A stretch of DNA of 64,000 nucleotides from an uncultured delta proteobacterium (GTDB lineage Bacteria; Desulfobacterota; Desulfomonilia; Desulfomonilales; Desulfomonilaceae), in the NCBI GenBank assembly GCA_963789265.1, contig CAWBKB010000005.1, positions 512,001 to 576,000 of the forward strand, given 5' to 3'. How positions within the stretch are numbered: the first letter of the stretch is position 1; each line of letters starts with the position of its first letter. The position numbers were made by a program, and so were the translations under genes. Shown here piece after piece: positions 20,428 to 28,830 of the stretch. The notes below the pieces were generated by a model. The model made no database searches. It saw nothing but the letters and a program-made list of their open reading frames with translations, and was not told the origin of the DNA.

Positions 20428-21936
20428 CTAATTTCGCTCATAGTCCCTTCTGAATGTCCTCTTGTAAAGGTCTTCGCCATAGGCGGTCTGCAACGGCTCT
20501 CCTTCGATTAGCCGAAAAGTTCGTGTCCCGTCGGTTCGCCTTTCTGCTCGTAAGAAAAGGGCGTTGTTCACTTTCTTGTCAAAAAAATCGCGGGCGAATT
20601 CATACAAATGCGTGACAAAGAAAACCTTGATGTTTTTCTCCAATAATGCGCTGACTATCTGCCTTGCGATCTCCGAGCCTTCTCTTGTATTGGTTGCTGC
20701 AAACGATTCATTGAAAAGCACCAGGGAATTTGACGTTATCATGTCTGCAATATCACTCATCCTGCTCAGTTCTTCGTCAAATTTCCCGCTTTTCATGGTA
20801 GGATCTTCTTCCCTCTTGTAGTGCGTGAAAAGGCCACTGCAAATATTGGCACAGAAAGATTCAGCCGGCACAAACATGCCGCATTGCATCATCAATTGGG
20901 ACAAACCTATGCTTCGCAAAAAAGTCGATTTGCCGCCCTGGTTGGCCCCTGTAATGATCACGAGGTCTTTGTTCTCTGCGTTCACATCGTTACCAACGAT
21001 ATCTCGCTTCATGGTAAGGGCCAAACAGACATCGTATAAGCCCTTAAAGGAATGTCTGCGTTCGCCGGCAGCCACCGGTACGGGAAAAGATATTGGCTCC
21101 CCCATTTGGGCAAGCTGTTCAGATAGATTTAAACAGCCGATGTAAAAGGCCAATTCGACTCGTAACATTTCAAAAAAACTATCAATATGATCGGCAGATT
21201 GAGCAAGTGCGTTGGCAACCAGTCTGATCCCCCTGTTTCTTAATTCCGCCACTGCGTTGGCACCGGCTTCATCCCGATCGGCGACATAATAGGTGTAAAC
21301 GGGAGCGCTTTCGCCAAAGATCCGCTCCAACCAACTTTGTCTTTTATCCAGTGGCTTGCGAAGCACGTAATTGGTGCCTTCGTTGCCTTTTCCTAATTCG
21401 GCACTGATCAAAACCCCCTGGCGAAATTTCAATTCCTTTAAATAATTTTCGACAATGGCGAAATATTCATCATCAAGTTCTCTTTTGATCATCGCGAAAA
21501 ACGTGGTAAAGCCTTCTGACTCAAATTTTTCTGCATGCTCGTCGGCAATATTCTTTAGCTTTTTGAGCAAGCCCACAAACATTTGCAGCATTTCTATCGC
21601 GCTATGCAGGAGACTCGAGGGAAGTTTGCTGAAAAAGCCCATCCAACTTCTTCTCTTGTTTTCAATTGATTCAATCGGGAGTTGATAGATGTCCCTGACA
21701 ATAGCCGAATTTTTCAGGCAATCCTTGAGTATGTTTTGGCGATAAATCAATGTATCCGGATCGGCTGAACCGCACAATACAGCGCTCTTTGCCACTTCAA
21801 ACAAGAATTTGTCACCAAGTGCCACGGCATGGAACATCGTGTTCAATTCCAGGTCCTGTGTTAGCGTTTGTTCATTCGACGGCAATTCCTGCTTCAGGTC
21901 GAAATCTCGATCTTTATACATAAGGAAAGCCTTCAT
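20428..21936 (-). CDS. MutS-related ATPase, subunit B (domain V, no mismatch or Smr domain)
   Basis: TGANQGGKST, LFNESFAATN and FVTHLYE motifs; ATG overlaps the upstream TGA (ATGA). Confidence 0.88.
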   Translation of the reverse strand: MKAFLMYKDRDFDLKQELPSNEQTLTQDLELNTMFHAVALGDKFLFEVAKSAVLCGSADPDTLIYRQNILKDCLKNSAIVRDIYQLPIESIENKRRSWMGFFSKLPSSLLHSAIEMLQMFVGLLKKLKNIADEHAEKFESEGFTTFFAMIKRELDDEYFAIVENYLKELKFRQGVLISAELGKGNEGTNYVLRKPLDKRQSWLERIFGESAPVYTYYVADRDEAGANAVAELRNRGIRLVANALAQSADHIDSFFEMLRVELAFYIGCLNLSEQLAQMGEPISFPVPVAAGERRHSFKGLYDVCLALTMKRDIVGNDVNAENKDLVIITGANQGGKSTFLRSIGLSQLMMQCGMFVPAESFCANICSGLFTHYKREEDPTMKSGKFDEELSRMSDIADMITSNSLVLFNESFAATNTREGSEIARQIVSALLEKNIKVFFVTHLYEFARDFFDKKVNNALFLRAERRTDGTRTFRLIEGEPLQTAYGEDLYKRTFRRDYERN

Positions 21937-23468
21937 GATTTTATGCGTTCCTTTAAACAACCATAAGTGATGCGATGCTTCTCGGCGATGGATAGCGCGT
22001 ATGAAAGCCCGTCAGCAGGCCTTCTCACAATTTTATATGTTCGCAATGCAGGATTTTCCGGGACAACCGTGCTGACCATGCTGACGGTTTGTTCGCCCAA
22101 AGAAGCCAATTCGTCGATGAATGTCACCCAAACGCACAAGGAGCCTAATTCCATTATTCTTTCCATTACCTTCTTGCTCAAGAAAACTGCGTCTTGTAAT
22201 GTTGCGGAAGTGAATATTTCATTTAGTATCAGAACGCTGTTCGGCGTGGCCCGGTTTAGAATATCGTGAACCCTGACCAGGTCTTCTTGCAGTTTGCCGC
22301 GGAGATTCCTGATATCTTCGCGCCTCTCAAAATGCGTAAAGATCCTGTCAAACAGAAAGAGTCGTGCTTTCTTGCCCGGCACTGGACAGCCCAAGACGGC
22401 TAGATAATGTAGCTGCCCGAAAGTGCGGCCAAAGGTTGTCTTACCTCCCTGGTTCGGACCGGATACCACAAATATGCGTTCCTTACCTTTCAGGTAAAAA
22501 TCATTACAGACGACGGACGAATTCTCGGTAAGGAGCTTATGCGCCAGGGCTAAATCAAATCCTTCATGATCATAAACTTCCTTGTCCGTACCGGAAAGCT
22601 GCGGGTAACAGAATTTCAACCCGGTCAACCTGAGCTTTTCGATATACTTTAAGTAGGCAACATAAAATTGTATTTCCCGGTCAAAGACGGCTATAGTTTG
22701 GTCCAGATAACCGCGGTTATGTTCGCAATAATTATCGAGATTTAGAAACACTTCGGGATATAATTTGGCTACGAAGTCTAATATTGCCGCTTCAACATGA
22801 TTCATGCCCGACCACATTGGGGGCTTGGTCTTGTAATTTTTTACGTCACCCTGTTTAAATTTTTCGAATGTTTTTTCCACCTCGACGCTGTAATCAATCT
22901 CAGATTCATACTTGCGCACCTTGACAGAGTTATCCTTAACGAGCATGCAATATTTTACCGTTGATAATTCGGCTTTAAGCTTTTTCGTTTCCGCCAGTAG
23001 TGACCCAAAGCCACCGGAGTTGACATAGTTCGTCGCGTATTCGCGGAACATCAAAAGGCCTCGTGATTTCAAATTGGCAAGGTTCAGATCGCGTACCAGG
23101 CTAGTAACGGCCTCGCAATAAATTTCTACTGCCTCCAAAAACCATCCTTCTTTATGGTACTTGTAGTGAAGCTTATCTTCCAGGGAAAGGTATCGATGCA
23201 TTGTAGTCATTTTGAGCGCAAATGATTCTATATTTTCCAGCAGAATTTCGTTTTCAAGGTCCTGTGCTATTTCTTGGCGGTACTTGATGGCATCGATACC
23301 ATTTAACGAAGTGTAAAAAAGCGGTTTTAAATTGTATGTCTCCTTACCGGCCGTAATTGCATCCACAATCTGATCGAGATTCAAATCAACAAAGAAGGCA
23401 GGCGCCTCAAGGATTTCCTCTTTTGCGCCGTCTTCAGGTCTTTCAAATAGTATGCTGTGGAAAGTCAT
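21933..23468 (-). CDS. MutS-related ATPase, subunit A (domain V, no mismatch or Smr domain)
   Basis: SGPNQGGKTT, IFTHFE, ILNEIFTS, WVTFIDEL and SYALSIA motifs. Confidence 0.88.
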   Translation of the reverse strand: MTFHSILFERPEDGAKEEILEAPAFFVDLNLDQIVDAITAGKETYNLKPLFYTSLNGIDAIKYRQEIAQDLENEILLENIESFALKMTTMHRYLSLEDKLHYKYHKEGWFLEAVEIYCEAVTSLVRDLNLANLKSRGLLMFREYATNYVNSGGFGSLLAETKKLKAELSTVKYCMLVKDNSVKVRKYESEIDYSVEVEKTFEKFKQGDVKNYKTKPPMWSGMNHVEAAILDFVAKLYPEVFLNLDNYCEHNRGYLDQTIAVFDREIQFYVAYLKYIEKLRLTGLKFCYPQLSGTDKEVYDHEGFDLALAHKLLTENSSVVCNDFYLKGKERIFVVSGPNQGGKTTFGRTFGQLHYLAVLGCPVPGKKARLFLFDRIFTHFERREDIRNLRGKLQEDLVRVHDILNRATPNSVLILNEIFTSATLQDAVFLSKKVMERIMELGSLCVWVTFIDELASLGEQTVSMVSTVVPENPALRTYKIVRRPADGLSYALSIAEKHRITYGCLKERIKS

Positions 23469-23539
23469 AGCAAACACCCAGGGACACTTGCCATCCCGTT
23501 TGCCTTCGGCATTGAATTGTAGCTTGCTCCAATGAAACC

Positions 23540-23561
23540 AAAAAACCCACCTTGCGGTGGG
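23540..23561 (-). terminator. Riboswitch-controlled terminator (MutS unit)
   Basis: Minus strand CCCACC-GCAA-GGTGGG-TTTTTT. Confidence 0.8.
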
Positions 23562-23599
23562 AGAGTCTTTATTGCACGACCCGCCGCAATGTTCTCGCG

Positions 23600-23645
23600 G
23601 CAGGAGTCATCAGCCTGTCAGGCGGTTTGGGGGAACTCCATCCCC
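23600..23645 (-). ncRNA. Fluoride riboswitch upstream of the MutS-related pair
   Basis: Minus strand GGGGATGGAGTTCCCC-CAAACC-GCCTGACAGGC-TGATGACTCCTGC, near-consensus crcB motif. Confidence 0.93.
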
Positions 23646-23684
23646 TCACGTTTCTTTCTTTCCCTACTTCTCTACTTTTTACAA

Positions 23685-23690
23685 AGTCAA
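23685..23690 (-). promoter_or_regulatory. Putative -35 box for the MutS riboswitch unit
   Basis: TTGACT 40 nt upstream of the aptamer. Confidence 0.5.
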
Positions 23691-23763
23691 GGGCCTCACG
23701 GAAATCGCCGCGGCTATATCATAAGTCAGACTGTCGGGTTTTTCGAAACTGGTTTACAAGATT

Positions 23764-24180
23764 CTACCGGCGCCCAGTCGCCACTACCTCCGCAACTTCT
23801 CTGAGCTTCCCTATCAGCAAGGCCGTCCTAGGATCGAGGTAATCCGCCAAGCCGGGCGGAACCTCCCCGTATCTGCGAAGACGAGAGCCTTCAAGCTCCG
23901 AAAGCGAGACCCAAAGTACCGAGCACGAACTCAAGATCATTTTCTCTGCAATGTGAACCGAACCGTCCAGGTTCAACGTGTCCCGCATTTCTCTAAGGAT
24001 AGTTTGCATGTCCTCCACGAGTTCTGAAATTGTTCGTCCTTGTTCGGACGAAAGGCTGTTCCGAACCTCGTACAGGGTAGACCTGACCTTCTTGCCCGTT
24101 GCCCATTCATCGAACTGGCAGAGAGCCTTGTCCAAGAGGTACAGTGTTGTCGAGATTCCGCGAATATGGTTTTCACTCAT
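23764..24180 (-). CDS. Hypothetical helical protein
   Basis: 138 aa, 44 nt downstream of enolase; LRRYGEVPP motif recalls N-terminal domains of some bacterial dynamin-like proteins (recollection, unverified). Confidence 0.7.
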   Translation of the reverse strand: MSENHIRGISTTLYLLDKALCQFDEWATGKKVRSTLYEVRNSLSSEQGRTISELVEDMQTILREMRDTLNLDGSVHIAEKMILSSCSVLWVSLSELEGSRLRRYGEVPPGLADYLDPRTALLIGKLREVAEVVATGRR

Positions 24181-24224
24181 GGGTAAGATCTTCTCTTTCC
24201 CGGCGAATTTTCCACGCTACGGCC

Positions 24225-25502
24225 TTATTTAGGCAGCGGCGACTCGAAAACAGCCGCCTTGCCTAGTTCCGCCTCAATCTCTAGGAGCCGGTTGTATTTT
24301 GCGATTCGCTCACTGCGACTCGTTGACCCGCTCTTAAGTTGTCCGCCACCCATTGCAACGGCAAAGTCAGCCAAAAAGGTATCTTCGGTTTCGCCGGAAC
24401 GATGGGAAATCACATATCCCCAGCCGGCCTTGTGACACAGTTGAATTGCTTCAATCGTTTCGGTAACTGTACCAATTTGATTCAGCTTGATCAGCGCTGC
24501 ATTGGTGGTCTTTTCCTTAATGCCGCGGGCAATGAACCGTGTATTGGTCACATAGATGTCGTCGCCCACGATCTGAACCTGCTCGCCGAGCACGGCCGTA
24601 TGCTCGCGAAATCCTTCCCAATCATTCTCTGCAAGACCGTCTTCAATTGAAACTATTGGATACTTTTCAACCCAGGATTTGTAGAGATCCGTCATTTCCG
24701 AGCTGCTCTTTTTGCCCTGACCTGATTTGCTCAGGTTATATAGGCCGTCCTCAAAGAAAGAACTGGCTGCCGGATCAAGCGCCAGGGCTATGTCCTTGCC
24801 CGGTTTAAAGCCTGCTGCCTCTATAGCCTCGAGAATTACCTGGCACGCCTCATCGTTGCTTTTGAGATTGGGTGCGAACCCGCCCTCGTCGCCGACGCTC
24901 GTTGTATATCCTTTGCCCTTGAGAATTTTCTTCAGGGCGTGGAAACTCTCGGCACTGTAACGCAGGGCTTCAGCGAATGTTGGAGCGCCAATCGGCGTTA
25001 CCATGAACTCCTGAAAATCCACGCTATTGTCCGCATGCTTTCCGCCATTCAGTATATTATTCTGGGGTACGGGGATTTTCACAGTCCCGGGACCTCCCAG
25101 GTAAGCATACAAAGGGAGGCCGGAGACCACGGCCGCCGCACGAGCCGCCGCCATAGAAACACCCAGAATGGCATTGGCCCCGAGCTTGCTTTTAGTGGGC
25201 GTCCCGTCCAGTTCGATCATTACTCGGTCAAGCTCTGCTTGCCGTGTCGACGGAAGGCCGACTACCGCCGGAGCGATTATCCGGTTCACATTATCTACGG
25301 CCTTGAGAACACCTTTGCCACCGTACCGCTTCTGATCTTTGTCGCGCAATTCAAGTGCCTCGTTCTCCCCCGTGGAAGCCCCTGAAGGGACAGAAGCCGA
25401 AGCCGTTACTCCGTTGCTCAACTCCACAAAAACACGGATCGTCGGGTTTCCACGAGAGTCGAGAACCTCCAGTGCCCTAACAGAAACGATCTTGTCATCC
25501 AT
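24225..25502 (-). CDS. eno: Enolase
   Basis: [33 protein letters not shown] and SHRSGETED motifs. Confidence 0.97.
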   Translation of the reverse strand: MDDKIVSVRALEVLDSRGNPTIRVFVELSNGVTASASVPSGASTGENEALELRDKDQKRYGGKGVLKAVDNVNRIIAPAVVGLPSTRQAELDRVMIELDGTPTKSKLGANAILGVSMAAARAAAVVSGLPLYAYLGGPGTVKIPVPQNNILNGGKHADNSVDFQEFMVTPIGAPTFAEALRYSAESFHALKKILKGKGYTTSVGDEGGFAPNLKSNDEACQVILEAIEAAGFKPGKDIALALDPAASSFFEDGLYNLSKSGQGKKSSSEMTDLYKSWVEKYPIVSIEDGLAENDWEGFREHTAVLGEQVQIVGDDIYVTNTRFIARGIKEKTTNAALIKLNQIGTVTETIEAIQLCHKAGWGYVISHRSGETEDTFLADFAVAMGGGQLKSGSTSRSERIAKYNRLLEIEAELGKAAVFESPLPK

Positions 25503-25534
25503 AACCGTGTCCTTTCTTCAATTGTTGACATTAA

Positions 25535-25683
25535 GTACCAATTCACTTACGCGGAGAAGCTTCTGTCACTTGTCATTGCGAGGAGTCCAGCGACGAAGCA
25601 ATCTAAACGGCGTCTAACGGAAGAGATTGCTTCGCTTTGCTCGCAATGACAATCTTTCACCGCTCGTAAGTGAAAATGCGTGC
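25535..25683. mobile_element. MITE, sister copy of 9670-9816
   Basis: Left end GTACCAATTCACTTACG, degenerate right end CGTAAGTGAAAATGCGTGC; GACATTAA duplicated at 25527-25534 and 25684-25691; same internal hairpin doublet. Confidence 0.85.
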
Positions 25684-25687
25684 GACA

Positions 25688-26428
25688 TTAAGCGGTATTT
25701 GTTTCTCCCATGATCGACAGCAAAAGTCTCCACCCGCTGCACCAACCAACCGCGCTTATCAAAGCGGCTGAATCTTCCTCGGTTTGGCTGCCCTGGAACT
25801 CGAACTGGAACGACCGTGCATATTTTACGAGGTGGTCAAATATGTATGGCACCGAGGACCGGTGGACAGACATTTCACCAGCCAATCTCGAGGATTCGTC
25901 TTCAATCAGGTGCTGCCTGCATCTCAGAGTTGAGGCCGTGCCGGCGCATCTTCCGCAAATGGTGTCGCGCCAATAGGGTTCGGTTCTTTTGGCCAACCGG
26001 AGCAGTTCGCCCAGATCTCGCCCTTGTCGAACGATTTTCTCTTTTACGATTCCTTTGCTGTGAGGGCCGTATCCCTCCTCACACATTAAGCATGGGCCCT
26101 TATCCCCGAGCCGTCTTCTCAATCGCCCATGTTGTGCCGGTCCGTTCAACTGGAAAGCATTCAAAGCGGCTCTCATAAGATCCTCATATAGAAGAGCGGG
26201 GCCGTGCATGTACCCGCTACGAAAGGACGCTTCCACGATCATCCAACCCCACGCATGGCGCTCGCAGAAACCCCAGGCTTTGCGCATACGCTGCCGCGTC
26301 GAGGGGTTCATGATGCTTCCCTGAATAAACCACCAGAGAAAGTGAATTTCCCCGGGCGAGAGCCGGAAAGCATCCGGAGGCGACAACTGCAACGCAGTAC
26401 CTGTGGTACGAATGTGGGTGTGCTGCAT
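25688..26428 (-). CDS. Cys/His-rich hypothetical protein (DUF6062-like, probable Zn binding)
   Basis: GFCERH, CLMC, CGRC and CRQH motifs; the longer ORF start runs through a repeat, so ATG 26428 is preferred. Confidence 0.7.
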   Translation of the reverse strand: MQHTHIRTTGTALQLSPPDAFRLSPGEIHFLWWFIQGSIMNPSTRQRMRKAWGFCERHAWGWMIVEASFRSGYMHGPALLYEDLMRAALNAFQLNGPAQHGRLRRRLGDKGPCLMCEEGYGPHSKGIVKEKIVRQGRDLGELLRLAKRTEPYWRDTICGRCAGTASTLRCRQHLIEDESSRLAGEMSVHRSSVPYIFDHLVKYARSFQFEFQGSQTEEDSAALISAVGWCSGWRLLLSIMGETNTA

Positions 26429-26468
26429 TATTTTCTTGCGGCTGAGCACAATCGGTTCCTTTGCAATA

Positions 26469-26640
26469 GTCTCGGAAGTATTGTCGGCATACGTGATGCA
26501 TGTTGGCGCCCAATTTAATTTGGTGGGACAGGCTTCCAGCCTGTCGCTGATGGACGGGCAGGATGCCCGTCCCCACTGCATGGTGCTCGTTGCCCACAGA
26601 TCATTTTCTCTTTCCGTGATTACTTTCGAGAATCTCTTTA
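26469..26640. repeat. REP doublet (GTGG foot) inside an imperfect inverted-repeat shell; related copy at 42724-42840
   Basis: GTGGGACAGGCTTCCAGCCTGTC...GACGGGCAGGATGCCCGTCCCCAC; tail TTCCGTGATTACTTT.GAG shared with the 42.8 kb copy. Confidence 0.7.
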
Positions 26641-26698
26641 CATCCCTACCGATTATTCGGTCGACGTTCCGAACCACAAAATAGGATCATTTGTCCGT

Positions 26699-28525
26699 TT
26701 ATTTCTGACTTTCTTCACAGATCCCGGTCAAGGCATGTGCAGCGGATTCCAACCGCGCCACTTCATCGAGGATTGCTTCGGCATGTTCCTTCCTCTTGGT
26801 ATACGCGGCCTGAATAGCTCCGTGCGTGGCTGCAATGGTTTCTTCAAAACGTTGATCCAGTGATAAGGCGAAGCCGCGAAACGCGTTGTTAAGGTTTTGC
26901 AAGGTCGCCCATCGAAGGTTTTCCACGTTCTGCCGAACCAGCGCGTCAATCTGTCTGCCCAGGCGCTTCTTGAGTCTGCTGATACGAAGAGACGCCGGCA
27001 GGAGTCTATCAAGGGCCTCTTCCGGAATCACAATTGGCAGAGTGGGTACCCGCTTCCTGAGCACCCAGTGAGGCCGCCGCTTCACCTCAAACGCTTCGGA
27101 GCTTTCCGGAGCATGATATGGGATGTTAAACAGCTCTGCCGCGGCTTTACGAATCGCTTGGATCAACTCGTCTGCTCGCTGCTGGTGCGGACGCAATGTT
27201 TCCGTCACATGCCGGCCAAATCCTTGAGTCACATCCTCGGCCGAACCTTGGAAGAATGAGGTTACCTCCTCTGCCAGAGCATCCATAACAGTCGCTTCCT
27301 TCACTTCCCCGTCTTTCATGGCTGAGAAAGATGCCTCCACTACGCTCTCAAGGTGATCTACGGACGTTTGCCGGAGCGCTTCGGCCTGCTGCTCCAGTGA
27401 TTCCAGCGTACGTTTTCTGTCACCGGTCAACAAATCTTGCGCGGCGACTCGCTGGCCTTCCGCATTTTTCAGCTCTCTTTCGAAGACTTGTAAGCGGCTT
27501 TCCAGGTCATCCAGGGGCATTTGCAGGGTACGGATCGCCAGCCGGAGTCTCATCACAACTTCTTCAAGAGCGTCGGTAACTTTTCGTCCCACGGCTTCAC
27601 GCAAAGCGTTCGCCTTTTCGGAAACGAGAAAACATATCAGATGGTCTTCGACCTCATTTAAGCCGCTCTGGGTCCATAAGTCGGCATCTCCGAAAAGCTT
27701 GGCGTCGAGACCGCGGCGTGAAGATACACAGAAAATCGGATGATCGTTTGTCACCTGAAGTTTTTCGGTGAGCACTTTCTTGAAAAAAGCTAAAGCGGTT
27801 TCTCTTTCATGCCCATTGAGGTAATCCACCTTGTTAAAGATGAAAAAGAGACGGGAAACTCTGGATCGGACCGCTTTCAGAAACTCGGCTTCCACTTCTG
27901 TGAGGGGCGGGTCCGCCGAGACGACAAATAGTGCCGCGTCGCACTGGGGAAGAAAACTGAGAGTAGCTTCCGTATTGTGCGTAAAAGTGGACCCAATCCC
28001 AGGGGTATCAATCAAAACGACGCCATGTTGGAGAATGGCAGCGGGGTGAAAGATCTCCACCTGAAGAACTCCAAGTCGGTTTTTCGGGTTGCCCTCTTCG
28101 GTGACAAAGCTTTGTAAGATTTCGGCAAGCTGTTCGGAGGTTTTTCCGGCAAATTCCTTCACGGGTCTTTCGTCCAGGTAGCAGACCCGGATTTTTCGCT
28201 CGGGACCATATTCCACAAAAGTTGGGATGGCCGTTAACGGCACAACGGAAGTCGGCAAAAGCGCCTCGCCAAGAAAGGCGTTTAGAAGTGTGCTCTTGCC
28301 ACGCTTGAATTGTCCCAATACTGCCAGGTGGAAGCGCCCTTCTTCCAGACACGTGCGGAGGGCGAGTAATCTCTCCCGGTCGCCGTAGAACTGACTTCCG
28401 AGAGATTCCACAATTCTTAACGCTTCGCCGAGGAGTAGCTGGAAATCGATTATAGCTCGGGAATCTTGCTCGTCCGGGCAAGTTAGCGTTTCTAAAGCGG
28501 AATTCTCGCCTATCTCGGATCTCAC
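26699..28525 (-). CDS. Bacterial dynamin-like GTPase
   Basis: G1 GQFKRGKS, G2 LPTSVVPLT, G3 DTPG, G4 NKVD; long helical C-terminus; AGGAGG before GTG. Confidence 0.92.
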   Translation of the reverse strand: MRSEIGENSALETLTCPDEQDSRAIIDFQLLLGEALRIVESLGSQFYGDRERLLALRTCLEEGRFHLAVLGQFKRGKSTLLNAFLGEALLPTSVVPLTAIPTFVEYGPERKIRVCYLDERPVKEFAGKTSEQLAEILQSFVTEEGNPKNRLGVLQVEIFHPAAILQHGVVLIDTPGIGSTFTHNTEATLSFLPQCDAALFVVSADPPLTEVEAEFLKAVRSRVSRLFFIFNKVDYLNGHERETALAFFKKVLTEKLQVTNDHPIFCVSSRRGLDAKLFGDADLWTQSGLNEVEDHLICFLVSEKANALREAVGRKVTDALEEVVMRLRLAIRTLQMPLDDLESRLQVFERELKNAEGQRVAAQDLLTGDRKRTLESLEQQAEALRQTSVDHLESVVEASFSAMKDGEVKEATVMDALAEEVTSFFQGSAEDVTQGFGRHVTETLRPHQQRADELIQAIRKAAAELFNIPYHAPESSEAFEVKRRPHWVLRKRVPTLPIVIPEEALDRLLPASLRISRLKKRLGRQIDALVRQNVENLRWATLQNLNNAFRGFALSLDQRFEETIAATHGAIQAAYTKRKEHAEAILDEVARLESAAHALTGICEESQK

Positions 28526-28586
28526 GATAAGCCCTCCTGTTTGTACCTTTCAATCAGCGGAGTTCCACGGATAGACGGTTGAAAAT

Positions 28587-28609
28587 AAAAAACCCACCTT
28601 TTGGTGGGT
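28587..28609 (-). terminator. Riboswitch-controlled terminator (dynamin unit)
   Basis: Minus strand ACCCACC-AAAA-GGTGGGT-TTTTT. Confidence 0.8.
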
Positions 28610-28647
28610 ATCCGCAGGACCGGTCTCCCACCGCGAAGTCTCCGACG

Positions 28648-28693
28648 GCAGGAGTCATCAGCCCGTGACGAGCATTTGGGGGACTCCATCCCC
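28648..28693 (-). ncRNA. Fluoride riboswitch upstream of the dynamin-enolase unit
   Basis: Minus strand GGGGATGGAGTCCCCC-AAAT-GCTCGTCACGGGC-TGATGACTCCTGC. Confidence 0.9.
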
Positions 28694-28733
28694 TTTTAGC
28701 CATTTCCTATTTTGTATAGCCACGGTTGTGAAA

Positions 28734-28739
28734 AGTCAA
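28734..28739 (-). promoter_or_regulatory. Putative -35 box for the dynamin riboswitch unit
   Basis: TTGACT 41 nt upstream of the aptamer, with TATACAAAAT in the -10 region. Confidence 0.55.
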
Positions 28740-28759
28740 GGCGCAAACTTTGGGCGAAT

Positions 28760-28815
28760 GCAAGCATTCACGTACGTGGGGCAGGCTTTCCAACCTGCCT
28801 CACACGATTGCTTAC
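28760..28815. mobile_element. Minimal MITE with one REP hairpin
   Basis: Ends GCAAGCATTC/GATTGCTTAC; flanks GGGCGAAT and CGGCGAAT (7/8 match); cargo GTGGGGCAGGCTTTCCAACCTGCC. Confidence 0.55.
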
Positions 28816-28830
28816 CGGCGAATAATCGGT

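Noticed and set aside
20428..23468. Mismatch-repair MutS or MutS2
   Set aside because: Too short; no mismatch-binding or Smr domain; no mutL nearby
26429..26677. N-terminal extension of the Cys-rich protein
   Set aside because: Reads through a REP-containing repeat also found at 42.7 kb, so probably non-coding
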